This document shows, one piece after another, positions 1-9,908 of a DNA stretch of 64,000 bases (positions within the stretch are counted from its first letter, which is position 1; every line of letters begins with the position of its first letter). A model generated the notes under the pieces. The model did no database searches and was not told where the DNA came from. It saw only the letters and a program-made list of their open reading frames with translations. This stretch comes from Chloroflexota bacterium. Lineage in GTDB: Bacteria; Chloroflexota; Dormibacteria; CF-121. The stretch lies in the NCBI GenBank assembly GCA_034666565.1, contig JAXDLN010000091.1:3968-67967 (forward strand). The letters run 5' to 3'. A program made the translations under genes and the position numbers.

Positions 1-1980
1 GCCGAGTGAGGCGATCCGGTCCTTCATGTTTTGCACGCCTGTGCCCGAGGATGCCGTCGCCGGGTCGAACCCGATGCCGTCGTCGAGGACCGAGAAGATC
101 AGCTCACCGCCCCGCTGTCGCAGATCAACGCGCACCCGCGATGCCTTCGCGTACTTCGTGGCGTTTTGCAACGCCTCCAGGCACGAAAAGTAAATGCCGG
201 CCTCGATTTCGGGATCGTATCGGGCAATCCCATCGGCCGTGACCTCCGCGTGCCGTTGAAGCGCCTCGACGAGCCCGCCTTCTCGAAGCGCGGGCGGATA
301 GATCCCCTGGGCCAGTTCGCGAACCGTTTGCCTGGCTTCTGCTGCCTGGGCTTCGAGCTCCTTTACTGACCGCCGCGCCTTCTCGGGATCGCGCTTTGCC
401 AGCGTTGCGGCGAGGCGCAGCTTCACCGCCAGCGCCACCAGGTGCTGCTGCGCGCCGTCATGGATGTTGCCCTCGAGCCGGCGCCGTTCGGCATCCTGGA
501 CCGCAACGATCCGCTGCCGCGAGGCCCGCAGCTCGACCGATTGCTCCGAAATCTCATCCAGGCGTGCCTGCAAATCCGCCGTCAGGCGGACGTTTCGCAG
601 CACCTGTCCGGCCTGGGCTGCCAGGTCGTTGAGCAGTTTCTCCTCGACCGGCGTGAGTGGCTCGCCTGGCCGCTTCTTGACGGTCAGATCACCGAGCGTC
701 TCGCCCTGATGGCGAACCTCGGCAACCCGGTCGGCGTGGTCGACGCCGAGCGCCGATTCCGACGGGGGCCAGGTGGCGGCCGCGAATGGCTCGCCGGCGC
801 GGCGGATCCAGACGCTAGTCGCGGTCGCTCCCGTCCCCTCCGCCAGCACCTGGGCCAGCCTGCGAAGCACGTCCTCGTTGGCATAAGCCCCCGCCACGCG
901 GTGTGAGAAGGTGGTGAGCGCCTCGTAGGGCGTGGCGCGGTAGCCGTAGACCAACCGGTTGGCCATCGCCTGCACCCGCGTCCGCACCGGTTGAAAGGCC
1001 ACCGCCACCACCGCCGTGGCAAGGATGGACAGCACCAGGTTCGGCCGGCTACCGGAATTGATCAGCGCACCGAGCCCGACGACGATGCCGGTATAGACGG
1101 CCGTGATGAACGCGGCCAGGGCACCGTAGACCAGCGTGCGGTTGATGACGATGTCGATGTCGTAGAGCCGATAGCGCAGCACCGCGATCGCGATGCTGAT
1201 CGGCAAGAGCGGGACGAACAGGACGAGCAGGACGTTGGCCAGCAAGGTGTTGTTGTTCAGCAAGAACGGGAGGGCCGCCAGGACGAGCGCGAACAGGAAC
1301 CAGCGAAGCTGGTGCCGCTGCAGGCTATCGCCGCGACGATAGCGGACGATCACCGAGGATACGGATCCGACCAGCGCCAAGAGGCCGAACGGCACCGACC
1401 GGTCCACGAACGGCTGGAGCGCGTGGGCCAAGGAGGCATTCGCAAGGGGATTGGTGATCGCGGGGTAATCGGGGGACACTTTGCCGACGAGAAACAAGTT
1501 CCCGACCAGGGCCATGATGGCAAAGATCAGACCGCTGATGATCGGGATCATCCAGCGGCGAGAGAGCAGGCGGCCGTCGGGAAAGAGCATCGGCAAGAAG
1601 AGCAGCAGCATCAGGACGAACGGGATCCAGGCCGTACCGGCCAGGACAGCGAAGACTTGCCCGACGAGCAGCGGCGCGTGATGCTCGACGATCGCAAACT
1701 GTGCGTAATTCGCGCTGTTGAATATCAGGTACACGTTCAGGCCAATCCCAAGCAAGAGCCAGCCGACGGCGTTGTGGGGGCGGTTTCTCACCAGGAGCAG
1801 GCCCATCGCGGAAAAAGCCAGGAAGCTGAAGATGCCGATGAGGCTGATGACGGTGGTGATCACGCCGATGGGACCTGGACTGAAGCCGCCCTGATGGAGG
1901 AACAGCCCGCTCACAGACATGGCGACGGTCAGCCCTGAGATGAGGACGGCCCGGATCGGAATGCGGGAGCGTGGTCTCAT
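1..1980 (-). CDS. Membrane sensor histidine kinase, HisKA_3 (NarX/DesK) type; 3' end runs off the window start
   Basis: Absent from the ORF track because it has no stop in the window. Manual translation from ATG at 1980 (TGATG overlap with the upstream gene) showed no stop in the segments checked. It gives TM helices, H-box RLEGNIHDGAQQH (His codon 460-462), N-box LEALQNATKYA and G-boxes DDGIGFDP...GTGVQNMKDRI. Confidence 0.9.
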   Translation of the reverse strand, partial: MRPRSRIPIRAVLISGLTVAMSVSGLFLHQGGFSPGPIGVITTVISLIGIFSFLAFSAMGLLLVRNRPHNAVGWLLLGIGLNVYLIFNSANYAQFAIVEHHAPLLVGQVFAVLAGTAWIPFVLMLLLFLPMLFPDGRLLSRRWMIPIISGLIFAIMALVGNLFLVGKVSPDYPAITNPLANASLAHALQPFVDRSVPFGLLALVGSVSSVIVRYRRGDSLQRHQLRWFLFALVLAALPFLLNNNTLLANVLLVLFVPLLPISIAIAVLRYRLYDIDIVINRTLVYGALAAFITAVYTGIVVGLGALINSGSRPNLVLSILATAVVAVAFQPVRTRVQAMANRLVYGYRATPYEALTTFSHRVAGAYANEDVLRRLAQVLAEGTGATATSVWIRRAGEPFAAATWPPSESALGVDHADRVAEVRHQGETLGDLTVKKRPGEPLTPVEEKLLNDLAAQAGQVLRNVRLTADLQARLDEISEQSVELRASRQRIVAVQDAERRRLEGNIHDGAQQHLVALAVKLRLAATLAKRDPEKARRSVKELEAQAAEARQTVRELAQGIYPPALREGGLVEALQRHAEVTADGIARYDPEIEAGIYFSCLEALQNATKYAKASRVRVDLRQRGGELIFSVLDDGIGFDPATASSGTGVQNMKDRIASLG

Positions 1981-4121
1981 CAGGCGCTCGCCTCGGCGCG
2001 TAGCGGGATTGAGCCGGCAATGCCATCGGCTGATCGCTCGAGCGTCCCACCGACGGCCTGCACGCGATCTTCGATGGCCTGGAGGTCGCTAGTTCCGAAC
2101 CCAGGAGCGCTCACCGCAAAATGCAGGGTCCCGTTGCCACCGGTCACGCTGACGCGGCTCGTCCCGCCGGCATGACGAAGGGATTCAACGCACGCGAAAT
2201 AGACCGCCGCTTCGATTTCGGCGACGTAGCGTGCCACGGAGTCCGACACCACGTCGATCTGAATGAGCGACTTTGCGGCGTGGGCCCGCAGCGCCGGAAC
2301 CAGGCCCTGGTCGCGCAGGAGTGGCGGATAGATGCCGTGCGCCAGGTGGCGGAGCGTATCCAGCGTCACCTGGATCTCGCCCGTCAGCCGTTCGAGTGCC
2401 GCAACAGCCTGCTGGGGGTCCTCGTCGAGGAGCGGCTCGATCGCGCCGAGCTTCGCGGCAAGCGAGGCCAGCTCTTGCTCGGCTCCCCGACGAATGGTTT
2501 CTTCGAGCCGTTGTCGCTCCGTCGTGGCAGCCGTCACCAGCCGCTGGCGCGAAGCGCGGATCGTGTCTGCCTGGGCCGACAACTGAGCCAGGCGGGTCTG
2601 CAATTCAGCCGTGAGCCTGAGGTTGTGCAGAACCAGCCCCGCCTGAGCAGCCAGGTCGTTAAGCAGTCTGGACTCGGCCGCGGCCGTCGAGCCGCCGGCC
2701 GACTTAGCCACCGCGATCTCGCCGACCAGCTGACCGTGATACTTGACCGGGACCCGGTGTTGCAAGGATGCGTCCGGTTGCTCCCGCGGCCACCAGGTAG
2801 CGCGCTGCGAACCGTCCGGAAGCTGGACCGCGACCCGGGCCGCATCGGCGGCGACACCGCGCGCCGCCGCCTCCGCCATTCGCGGCAGCACTTCATCGGG
2901 GGCAAGCGTTTCGGACATCCGCTCCGAGAAGTTGGCCATCACCTCGTAGGGGGTGGCGCGTCTGCCGTACACCAGCCGGTTGGCCAACCGCTGGACTCGC
3001 TCGCGAACAGGTTGAAAGGCGACCGCGACGACGGCGGTCGCGACGATCGAGAGCAGGAGGTTTGGTTGACCTTGCGATCCGATCAGGCTGCCGATCCCAA
3101 CGACGATGCCCACGTACACCGCGGTGATGAATGCAGCCAGCGCTCCGAAGACGACCGTCCGGCTGATGACGATGTCGATGTCGTAGAGCCGGTACTTCAA
3201 GATGGCAACGCCGATCGCCGCCGGGAGCGCCACGCCGAACCCGGCGATAACCAGGAGATTCGAGACGACGTTGCCAATGATCCGGCCTTGTGGGCTCGCC
3301 GGAAGAACGAGGGTCGAGAGCGTGAGCAGGACGTTGAGGACGATTGCGACCCCTAGCGCGTAGACGACCCATCGGATCTGTTGCCTGGTCTCGCCCCGGG
3401 CCCGCCGCAACCGCAGCACCAGAGCGGCAACCCCGAGCAAGACCAGCGGGATAATGCCTAAGAACGTCACCCAGCCGATTGGCCCGGTCTCCAGCCCTTT
3501 GAACATCGTAAGTCCGGTTGGGTTGTGCACCGGGGGTAGGCCCGCTGATTGGATGGGCATCGGATCGATGATCCCGACGACGTTATTGAGTGCCGTCATG
3601 GCGACCAGCGCCCAGAGCAGCCACCCCCAGCGCGGCGAAGGCAACCGGCCGTCGGGAAAGAACAGCATGATCAGCACGACGATTCCCGGGTAGATGAGAC
3701 TGTTGAGCAGCGAGCCTACCCACGCGACCCACTCCACGCCGGGAAACGACCCCGGAACCACGAGTAGGGTATGGACCAGATACTGGGAGAGAAGGGCGGT
3801 CAGCGCATTGACTACGGCCCCCCCCAGCAAGATCCATCCGATGCGGTTGCCGGGCAGCCGCGAGGCGATCAGCCCTCCTACGAAGGCGATCGCGATCGGT
3901 GGTACTACGGCCTGGGCAAACGCGCCGATGAGCTGCGGGTCGCGGAACGCTGACGCGTTGCTGATGGCCAGCCCGATCGCCCCAGCGATGAGCAGGTAGA
4001 TAAGGCCAACCCCACCCCAGGCCAGGCGCGGTCCACGTCGAGCTGTCATGGACGGATGTTCCCGCATCGGGCGCCTCCCGTCGAGGGGGCAGGCCCCAGA
4101 GGCGAGCGTTCGCTTTTTCAC
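1980..4121 (-). CDS. Paralogous membrane sensor histidine-kinase-like protein lacking catalytic residues (probable pseudokinase); start may be ATG 4049
   Basis: Same architecture as the 1-1980 gene (TM region, RYRLYDID-like motif, GAF-like region, HisKA_3, HATPase). The H-box reads RLEETIRRGAEQE, the N-box CVESLRH and the G1 box VSAPG. Confidence 0.85.
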   Translation of the reverse strand: MKKRTLASGACPLDGRRPMREHPSMTARRGPRLAWGGVGLIYLLIAGAIGLAISNASAFRDPQLIGAFAQAVVPPIAIAFVGGLIASRLPGNRIGWILLGGAVVNALTALLSQYLVHTLLVVPGSFPGVEWVAWVGSLLNSLIYPGIVVLIMLFFPDGRLPSPRWGWLLWALVAMTALNNVVGIIDPMPIQSAGLPPVHNPTGLTMFKGLETGPIGWVTFLGIIPLVLLGVAALVLRLRRARGETRQQIRWVVYALGVAIVLNVLLTLSTLVLPASPQGRIIGNVVSNLLVIAGFGVALPAAIGVAILKYRLYDIDIVISRTVVFGALAAFITAVYVGIVVGIGSLIGSQGQPNLLLSIVATAVVAVAFQPVRERVQRLANRLVYGRRATPYEVMANFSERMSETLAPDEVLPRMAEAAARGVAADAARVAVQLPDGSQRATWWPREQPDASLQHRVPVKYHGQLVGEIAVAKSAGGSTAAAESRLLNDLAAQAGLVLHNLRLTAELQTRLAQLSAQADTIRASRQRLVTAATTERQRLEETIRRGAEQELASLAAKLGAIEPLLDEDPQQAVAALERLTGEIQVTLDTLRHLAHGIYPPLLRDQGLVPALRAHAAKSLIQIDVVSDSVARYVAEIEAAVYFACVESLRHAGGTSRVSVTGGNGTLHFAVSAPGFGTSDLQAIEDRVQAVGGTLERSADGIAGSIPLRAEASA

Positions 4122-4150
4122 ACTCGAGAGGGGGTACGCTCACGCCTGAG

Positions 4151-4741
4151 ATGGGGAGGAGTCCGGTTTCGAGTCGCGTGGCGATCTCCTTCGCCGTGGC
4201 CGCCTTCGCCCTCGAGCTGGTGGCGGGCCTGATGTACGCGGCGGCCGCCGGTTTTGCCGGCGGCCTGAGCGTCGACCCATCGAAACTGCTCGGGTCGGGT
4301 CCGACCGGCGCCGCCTTGATCCGGTGGGGCAGCCTGATCGATATGGTCGGCTACCTGTGCCTCGCTCCGGTCGTGGTCTACCTGCGCGCCCGCTTCGCAA
4401 CCGCGAGCTTTACCGACGTCTTTGCGGCGGCCGGCCTGGCGGTTGTCGTGATCGGCTCGATCGGGGCGGCCGCCATGGCGACGGCGGCTCCGCCGTTGAT
4501 CAATGACTTTGCGACGGCGAGTGGCGCCGCCAAGCAGGCCCTCGTGCCGGCGTTCGCGACGCTCTACCGGGCGGTCGTGCTCGGCCTCTGGCAGACGCTA
4601 GAGACGATTCCCTGGGCGGTCTGGCTCCTCGGCAGCGCCTTCGCCGCGAGACGGGAGGGGCCCCGACCGCTGGTGGTGATCCTCGTCGTCGCGGGTGCGC
4701 TCAACGGCGCCATCGCGGTCTACCGCCTGGTCGCCTCTTAG
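4151..4741 (+). CDS. Multi-pass membrane protein (DUF4386-like)
   Basis: 196-aa ORF with about 5 hydrophobic segments, divergent from the kinase pair. Family resemblance is from recall only. Confidence 0.65.
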   Translation: MGRSPVSSRVAISFAVAAFALELVAGLMYAAAAGFAGGLSVDPSKLLGSGPTGAALIRWGSLIDMVGYLCLAPVVVYLRARFATASFTDVFAAAGLAVVVIGSIGAAAMATAAPPLINDFATASGAAKQALVPAFATLYRAVVLGLWQTLETIPWAVWLLGSAFAARREGPRPLVVILVVAGALNGAIAVYRLVAS

Positions 4742-5136
4742 GGAGAGGTCGAAGGACTAACGCTCGGCGTCGGCGTCAGCGTGGGGATCACCGAAGGGAG
4801 CGGCGTCAGCGTTGGGAGGATCCCCGTTTGAGTCGGCGACGGACGAGGAGCCGAAGGCCGCACCTTCGGTCGGGCGGGGGCCGTCGCAACTGGGGTTACG
4901 GTCACTGGACCCGCGGCTGCGGCTGACGGTGGCGTGGGGCTCGGCGATGGCGTGACGCTGGCGGTTAACTGTGGTGTCGAGCTTGGTCCGGTTGCAACCG
5001 GAGGCCGGCGATGGGAGCTCCACTGCAGCGCGACCAACGCAAACGCGGCGACCATGACAACGAGAGCGAGTGTGGATGCACCTTCGGCGGTCCCGAACGA
5101 TGTTCTGAGCGAAAGCCATAGGGGCTTCCTTGGCAT
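4738..5136 (-). CDS. Membrane-anchored Pro/Thr/Ser-rich hypothetical protein
   Basis: One TM helix (LALVVMVAAFALVAL) followed by PSPT/TPLP low-complexity sequence. GGAGGG Shine-Dalgarno (SD) site upstream, and TAAAAT -10-like element at 5176-5181 (minus strand). Confidence 0.6.
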   Translation of the reverse strand: MPRKPLWLSLRTSFGTAEGASTLALVVMVAAFALVALQWSSHRRPPVATGPSSTPQLTASVTPSPSPTPPSAAAAGPVTVTPVATAPARPKVRPSAPRPSPTQTGILPTLTPLPSVIPTLTPTPSVSPSTSP

Positions 5137-5322
5137 GGCATCGGTCCCTCCTTGCGGGCCATCGCCCGCCGAGGTATTTTATCCGCGGTTCGGCGAAGAA
5201 AGCGAACGTCGTGGACGCTCAGTGCTCAGGAATGGACCGCTCGCTATCGGCTGAACCAGGCCTGGATTTTGGCCGGGGTGTCGAAGTACCCCGTCGGAAG
5301 GTTGCCTCGCGGCTCAGAGTTG

Positions 5323-5359
5323 GCGAGGGGAGGCCAGGACGGTCCGGGCCTCCCCTCGC
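5323..5359 (-). terminator. 13-bp perfect GC-rich stem-loop 3' of the ABC operon
   Basis: GCGAGGGGAGGCC (5323-5335) and GGCCTCCCCTCGC (5347-5359), 9 nt after the SBP stop. No U-tract. Confidence 0.55.
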
Positions 5360-5368
5360 TCGGGCGGG

Positions 5369-6427
5369 TTAGCTCGCCTTGTTGGCGAATTCGTTCGTGT
5401 AGGTCTCGCTCAGGTTCGCGTTCTTGCCCTTGAAGGACGAGACAAAGTTCTGCTCGATGCTCAGGATGGTCTGCGGCCCGGCGGCCGGCATCTTGCAATC
5501 GGTTCCGAAGATCGACAGCTGATTCTGGAGGGCCGCCACGTACAGGTCCTTGCTCGGCACCAGGTAGTCGGCCGGCATCTTGGCGGCGATCTCGGCCGCC
5601 GTATGCGCCTTCATCCACTTCAAAGTCTTGACGTAGACGTTGACCAGCCGCTGGGCCACGTCCTTGTGGCTGTTGACCCAGTCGTTCTTGGCGAAGATGC
5701 CGATGAACGGGTAGTCGCCGCCGAGCGCAGCCTGCGTGGTTGCGGGCGTCCGAAGGTCGATCAGCACCTTGGCATCCCCGCTCTGCAGCAGACGCGTGAT
5801 GGTCGGCTCGGTCGTCATGCCGGCGTCGATCGTCCCGTTTTTGATTGCCGCGATGAAGGTATCACCGGCTCCAACGGCGACGAAAGTAGCATCCGATCCC
5901 TTGTAGCCGGCCTTGCCAAGGAGCGCCAGCGAGATCGTGTGCGTGCCCGAGCCGATGTCGGTAACGCCCAGCTTCTTTCCCTTGAGGTCCGCCGCCGACT
6001 TGATGGAGTCGGCCTTCTTCGTCGCCACCATCTCCGCTTCACCCGGCGCGATGCCGAATTGGCAGATCGTCTCGATCTTCTTTCCCAACGCATTGAGCTC
6101 GATCGGGTGGCTATAGGCGCCTGACCCGGCGTCGACGTTGCCGGCGACGACCTCGAGCTCGGTCCCCTGCCCGGAGCCTTCGTCGATCAGGGTCACGTTG
6201 ATCTTCTCCGCATCGAAGTAGCCGAGCTGCTTGGCCAGCATGTTCGGCAAGTAAATCTGTTTGTTGAGACCGCCGACCATCATCTTTAGGTCGACCGGCT
6301 GGACCGCGGCCGGCGAGCTGCCTGAACCGGCGTTGTTCGCGGTCCCACCGCATGCGGCCAGCGCGATGGCCATCGCCACCGTTCCTCCCACAGCAAAGAA
6401 CGCCCGACGTTTAGATCCGTTTATCAA
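5369..6427 (-). CDS. ABC substrate-binding lipoprotein, NitT/TauT (NMT1/SsuA-like) family
   Basis: Lipobox LAAC, and KQIYLP..LAKQLGYF and DLKGKKLGVT motifs. GGAGGAG SD followed by TTG. Confidence 0.9.
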   Translation of the reverse strand: MINGSKRRAFFAVGGTVAMAIALAACGGTANNAGSGSSPAAVQPVDLKMMVGGLNKQIYLPNMLAKQLGYFDAEKINVTLIDEGSGQGTELEVVAGNVDAGSGAYSHPIELNALGKKIETICQFGIAPGEAEMVATKKADSIKSAADLKGKKLGVTDIGSGTHTISLALLGKAGYKGSDATFVAVGAGDTFIAAIKNGTIDAGMTTEPTITRLLQSGDAKVLIDLRTPATTQAALGGDYPFIGIFAKNDWVNSHKDVAQRLVNVYVKTLKWMKAHTAAEIAAKMPADYLVPSKDLYVAALQNQLSIFGTDCKMPAAGPQTILSIEQNFVSSFKGKNANLSETYTNEFANKAS

Positions 6428-6440
6428 TCGTTTCTCCTCC

Positions 6441-7409
6441 CTAAATCGGTATTTCGCCGCTGACTCGACTGGGTCGCCATTTGATGAGCCGGTTTTCGAG
6501 GGCGCTGATCAGGCCCTCCGCGATCAGCGCGAGGACCGCCAACACGAACATGCCGGCGAACACGCCGTTGACGTCGAAGGTGTGCCCGGCGTTGTAGATC
6601 AGCTGGCCGAGGCCGGCGGTGGCCCCGAAGAGTTCCCCGACCACGGCGCCGACGATGGCCAGCCCGAAGCTAATGTGCAGGCTGGCGAGAATCCACGAAA
6701 GCGCGGACGGGATGATGATCTCGGTCGTGAGGCGGCGGTTGTCGGCGCCCAGGATGCGTGCGTTGGCGATCAGATTGCGATCCACCTCGCGGACGCCCTG
6801 AAAGGCGTTGAAGAAGACCACGAAGAACACGAGCACTACGGCGGTCGCCGCTTTACCCGAGAGCGACAGACCGAACATGATCGCGAAGAGTGAGCCGAGC
6901 ACGACCCTGGGGATGGCGTTCGCGGCTCGGATGAACGGCGAAAGAACCTGGGCGAGCAGGTCGATGCGTCCAAGCAGGATGCCGAAGAAGATGCCCAGGG
7001 CCGAGCCGACGACGAAGCCGAGCACCGCTTCCTCCATCGTGACCGCGGCCTGCAGCCAGAGCGGCCCCAATGCCGTTCCCTCGGTAATCCAGGTCCAGAG
7101 CCGCAGGACGACCCCCGACGGCTGGCCCACGAAGAAGGCGTCGACCCAGTTCAGCCGAGTCGACAACTCCCAACTGCCGAGCCAGACCACCGCAAACAGC
7201 AGGCGGAGCCCATAGACGAGCACGCGCCGGCGGCGCGCTGCGCGCGACCGCCGGGCAAGCAGGTCCGCGTCGATACCCGCGCTCTCCGGCCTGGCACCTA
7301 GCGGGCCGAGCGGCGCCCCATCCTGTCGCCGGGTGTCCGTGCTCGAGAACGGCGGCGCGCCGCCCTGTGCGGACACGTTAGACGGCCGCAGCGTGCTTCT
7401 GACGCTCAT
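6441..7409 (-). CDS. ABC permease, NitT/TauT family
   Basis: TM helices, EAA-like loop VREVDRNLIANARILGA, and GELFGATAGLGQLI. Confidence 0.9.
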   Translation of the reverse strand: MSVRSTLRPSNVSAQGGAPPFSSTDTRRQDGAPLGPLGARPESAGIDADLLARRSRAARRRRVLVYGLRLLFAVVWLGSWELSTRLNWVDAFFVGQPSGVVLRLWTWITEGTALGPLWLQAAVTMEEAVLGFVVGSALGIFFGILLGRIDLLAQVLSPFIRAANAIPRVVLGSLFAIMFGLSLSGKAATAVVLVFFVVFFNAFQGVREVDRNLIANARILGADNRRLTTEIIIPSALSWILASLHISFGLAIVGAVVGELFGATAGLGQLIYNAGHTFDVNGVFAGMFVLAVLALIAEGLISALENRLIKWRPSRVSGEIPI

Positions 7410-8187
7410 AGCTCACCAACACCTCGTCACGTAGCTGGTTCCAGATGGCCTCGTAGATTTGTGTGAAGCGCGGTTGGAAGCGGATCTCGGCGACGTTGCG
7501 GGGCCTCGGCAGGTCGACCTCGAAGGTGCCTTTGACCGTTCCGGGCCCGGCGGTGAGCAGGACCACCCGATCGGCGAGGGCGATCGCCTCTTCGAGGTCG
7601 TGAGTGACGAAAATCACCGAGGCGGAGGTGGATGCCCAAAGGGCCAATAGCTCGTCCTCCATCAAGCTGCGGGTCTGCACGTCGAGAGCTGAAAATGGCT
7701 CGTCCATCAGCAGGATCCGCGGGCCGTTGATCAGGCTCTGGGCCAGACCAACCCGCTTGCGCATGCCACCGGAGAGTTGGTGCGGGTACCGGTCTTCGAA
7801 ACCAGTGAGGCCGACCCGGGCGATCCAGTCCTTCGCCCGGGCTCGGGCATCAGCACCCGAGACGCCGTGATAGCGGGGCCCGGCCGCCACGTTCTCGAGC
7901 ACCGTCTTCCAGGGAAAGACCGCGTCCGTCTGGAAGACGTAGCCGATGCCATCGGTGATGCCCTTGACGGGGCGCCCCTCCACCAGAACCTCGCCAGCAC
8001 TGGCAAGCTCCAGGCCGGAAATCAACGCCAACGTGGTCGATTTGCCGCAGCCTGTCGGCCCGACTACAGCGCAGAATTCCCCGGGGGCGACCTCCATCGT
8101 CAGGTCGTGGAGCGCGGTGTAAATGCCGCCCTTAGGGGTGGCGAACCGCTTGGTGACACCACGTAGCTCGATCGCCGGACTGGCCAT
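7378..8187 (-). CDS. ABC ATP-binding protein, NitT/TauT family (start ATG 8187)
   Basis: Walker A GPTGCGKS, signature LSGGM, Walker B LLMDEPF, H-loop VTHD. Confidence 0.92.
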   Translation of the reverse strand: MASPAIELRGVTKRFATPKGGIYTALHDLTMEVAPGEFCAVVGPTGCGKSTTLALISGLELASAGEVLVEGRPVKGITDGIGYVFQTDAVFPWKTVLENVAAGPRYHGVSGADARARAKDWIARVGLTGFEDRYPHQLSGGMRKRVGLAQSLINGPRILLMDEPFSALDVQTRSLMEDELLALWASTSASVIFVTHDLEEAIALADRVVLLTAGPGTVKGTFEVDLPRPRNVAEIRFQPRFTQIYEAIWNQLRDEVLVSYERQKHAAAV

Positions 8188-8227
8188 TGCCGCAACGGTA
8201 AATGGGCCGGACGGCCGCTGAAAACCC

Positions 8228-8263
8228 TTGCGAAGTTTGCGACCGTTTTGGTCGTTGTGGTCG
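8228..8263. promoter_or_regulatory. Four 9-bp-period imperfect direct repeats between divergent genes; candidate CitB-family binding site
   Basis: TTGCGAAGT TTGCGACCG TTTTGGTCG TTGTGGTCG. Assignment to the adjacent response regulator is inference. Confidence 0.5.
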
Positions 8264-8291
8264 CTTCCTGCGCACGGCGGGACCGGATACG

Positions 8292-9908
8292 ATGAGGTCG
8301 GTGCGCGGTCCACGCCTCAGCCTGGCATCACGGATCCTGGTCTTCCAGCTCGCCATCATCCTGGGCTCGCTGCTAGTAGGCGCCGTAGGTTCGATCGTCG
8401 TCGAGCGGCAGCGGCTTGACCAGCGGTACGAGCAGCAAGCGCTGTCGGTCGCTCAGTCGGTGGCCAGCATGCCATCGGTGCGCGATGGTCTCCTTGACTC
8501 GGATCCCTCCCGGACCCTGCAGCCGCTGGCGGAAGGGTTGCGCAAGGCATCTGGCGCCAGCTTTATCGTCATCGCCGGTCCGGACGGCATTCGATACTCA
8601 CATCCGAACCCCGCCATGATCGGCAAGCCGATCGACGAGGATCCCAGCGCCATCCTCGCGGGCCGGACCTTCGTCGGCATTCAGCGGGGTACGCTTGGCG
8701 TCTCGGCCCGTGGCAAGGCTCCTATCTTCGATGGCACCGGCCGGGTCGTCGGGATCGTCTCGGTTGGATTCCTGGAGCAGCAAGTCTCGCAACAGCTGGC
8801 GGCCGACCTGCCGCAATTGAGTCTGTATGTGCTGGCGGCGGTCGCCCTGGGCGTCATCGGATCCCTGTTGCTGGCCCGCCACCTCAAACGTCAGACGTTC
8901 GGTCTGGAGCCTCCGGAGATCGCGACGCTGCTGGAGCAGCGGGAAGCGAGCCTGCACGGGATCCGCGAAGGAACAATCGCGACGGATAACGACGGACGAA
9001 TCACGCTGATCAACGACGAGGCCCGCCGGCTTCTGCGCCTGTCGAGCGACAGCGTCGGATGGCCACTCACCGACGTCCTCCCACCGGGCCGCGTCCGCGA
9101 CCTGCTGACCGGCGAGGTCACTGGCGCCGACGAGGTCGTCCTCGCCGCCGACCGCGTGCTGGTGGTAAGCCGAATGCCAGTGGTCGTGCGCGGCCGGAAC
9201 ATCGGCTACGTTGCGACATTCCGCGATCGGACCGAGCTCGAGAGCCTGCTGCGCGAGCTGGACAATGCCCGCAGCGTCACGGAGGCCCTGCGCGCGCAGG
9301 CGCACGACTTCTCCAACCGCCTGCACACGATCGCCGGCCTGATCGAGCTGGGGCGCCAGGAGGAGGCGATGCAGATGACAACGGAGTCGTCATCCGTGTC
9401 ACAGGAGCTCACCGAATCCCTGCTGGAGCGCGTCGGCGACCCGGTGCTTGGAGCCCTCTTGCTCGGGAAGTCAGCGGTCGCGTCCGAGCGCGGGATCCAG
9501 TTCCGGCTCTCGCCGGACAGCCGCCTCGACGGCGATGCCGGGCACCCACGCGACTTGATCACGGTCGTGGGCAACCTGATCGACAACGCGCTCGACGCGG
9601 CGGCCACCTCCGCGAACGGTGGCCCGCGTTGGGTCGAAGTCTCGATTCACAAGGCGGACGGCGATGTCGTCATCAAGGTGCACGATTCCGGCCCTGGGAT
9701 CGGTAAGGGTGACCTGGAGCAGATCTTCTCCGAGGGCTATACCACGAAGCTGGCCGGCCCGGGTTCGCGGCGCGGACTCGGCCTCGCTCTCGTAAAGCAA
9801 GTGGCGGCGCGTCGCGGCGGTGAGGTCACGGTGGTTAACCAGGGCGGGGCGTTGTTTACCGTGCGGCTGCCGCTGTCGGCCAAGCCGGTTCCGGTGGCGA
9901 CGGCATGA
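8292..9908 (+). CDS. CitA/DcuS-family sensor histidine kinase (start ATG 8292)
   Basis: sCache-like periplasmic domain (YSHPNP, GTLG.S.RGKAPI), PAS, H-box LRAQAHDFSNRLH, N-box GNLIDNA, DSGPGI, GYTTK, GLGL. Confidence 0.93.
   Translation: MRSVRGPRLSLASRILVFQLAIILGSLLVGAVGSIVVERQRLDQRYEQQALSVAQSVASMPSVRDGLLDSDPSRTLQPLAEGLRKASGASFIVIAGPDGIRYSHPNPAMIGKPIDEDPSAILAGRTFVGIQRGTLGVSARGKAPIFDGTGRVVGIVSVGFLEQQVSQQLAADLPQLSLYVLAAVALGVIGSLLLARHLKRQTFGLEPPEIATLLEQREASLHGIREGTIATDNDGRITLINDEARRLLRLSSDSVGWPLTDVLPPGRVRDLLTGEVTGADEVVLAADRVLVVSRMPVVVRGRNIGYVATFRDRTELESLLRELDNARSVTEALRAQAHDFSNRLHTIAGLIELGRQEEAMQMTTESSSVSQELTESLLERVGDPVLGALLLGKSAVASERGIQFRLSPDSRLDGDAGHPRDLITVVGNLIDNALDAAATSANGGPRWVEVSIHKADGDVVIKVHDSGPGIGKGDLEQIFSEGYTTKLAGPGSRRGLGLALVKQVAARRGGEVTVVNQGGALFTVRLPLSAKPVPVATA

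Noticed and set aside
991-1938. 315-aa plus-strand ORF and many similar long ORFs (e.g. 2121-3356, 34363-36372, 36472-38190, 40409-41995, 62527-63780)
   Set aside because: They are antisense or alternate-frame shadows of well-supported genes, which is common at high GC, and have no recognisable motifs.
1980-4121. Calling the degenerate kinase a pseudogene
   Set aside because: The frame is intact for 713 codons and coupled to the next gene, and the losses are concentrated at catalytic positions.
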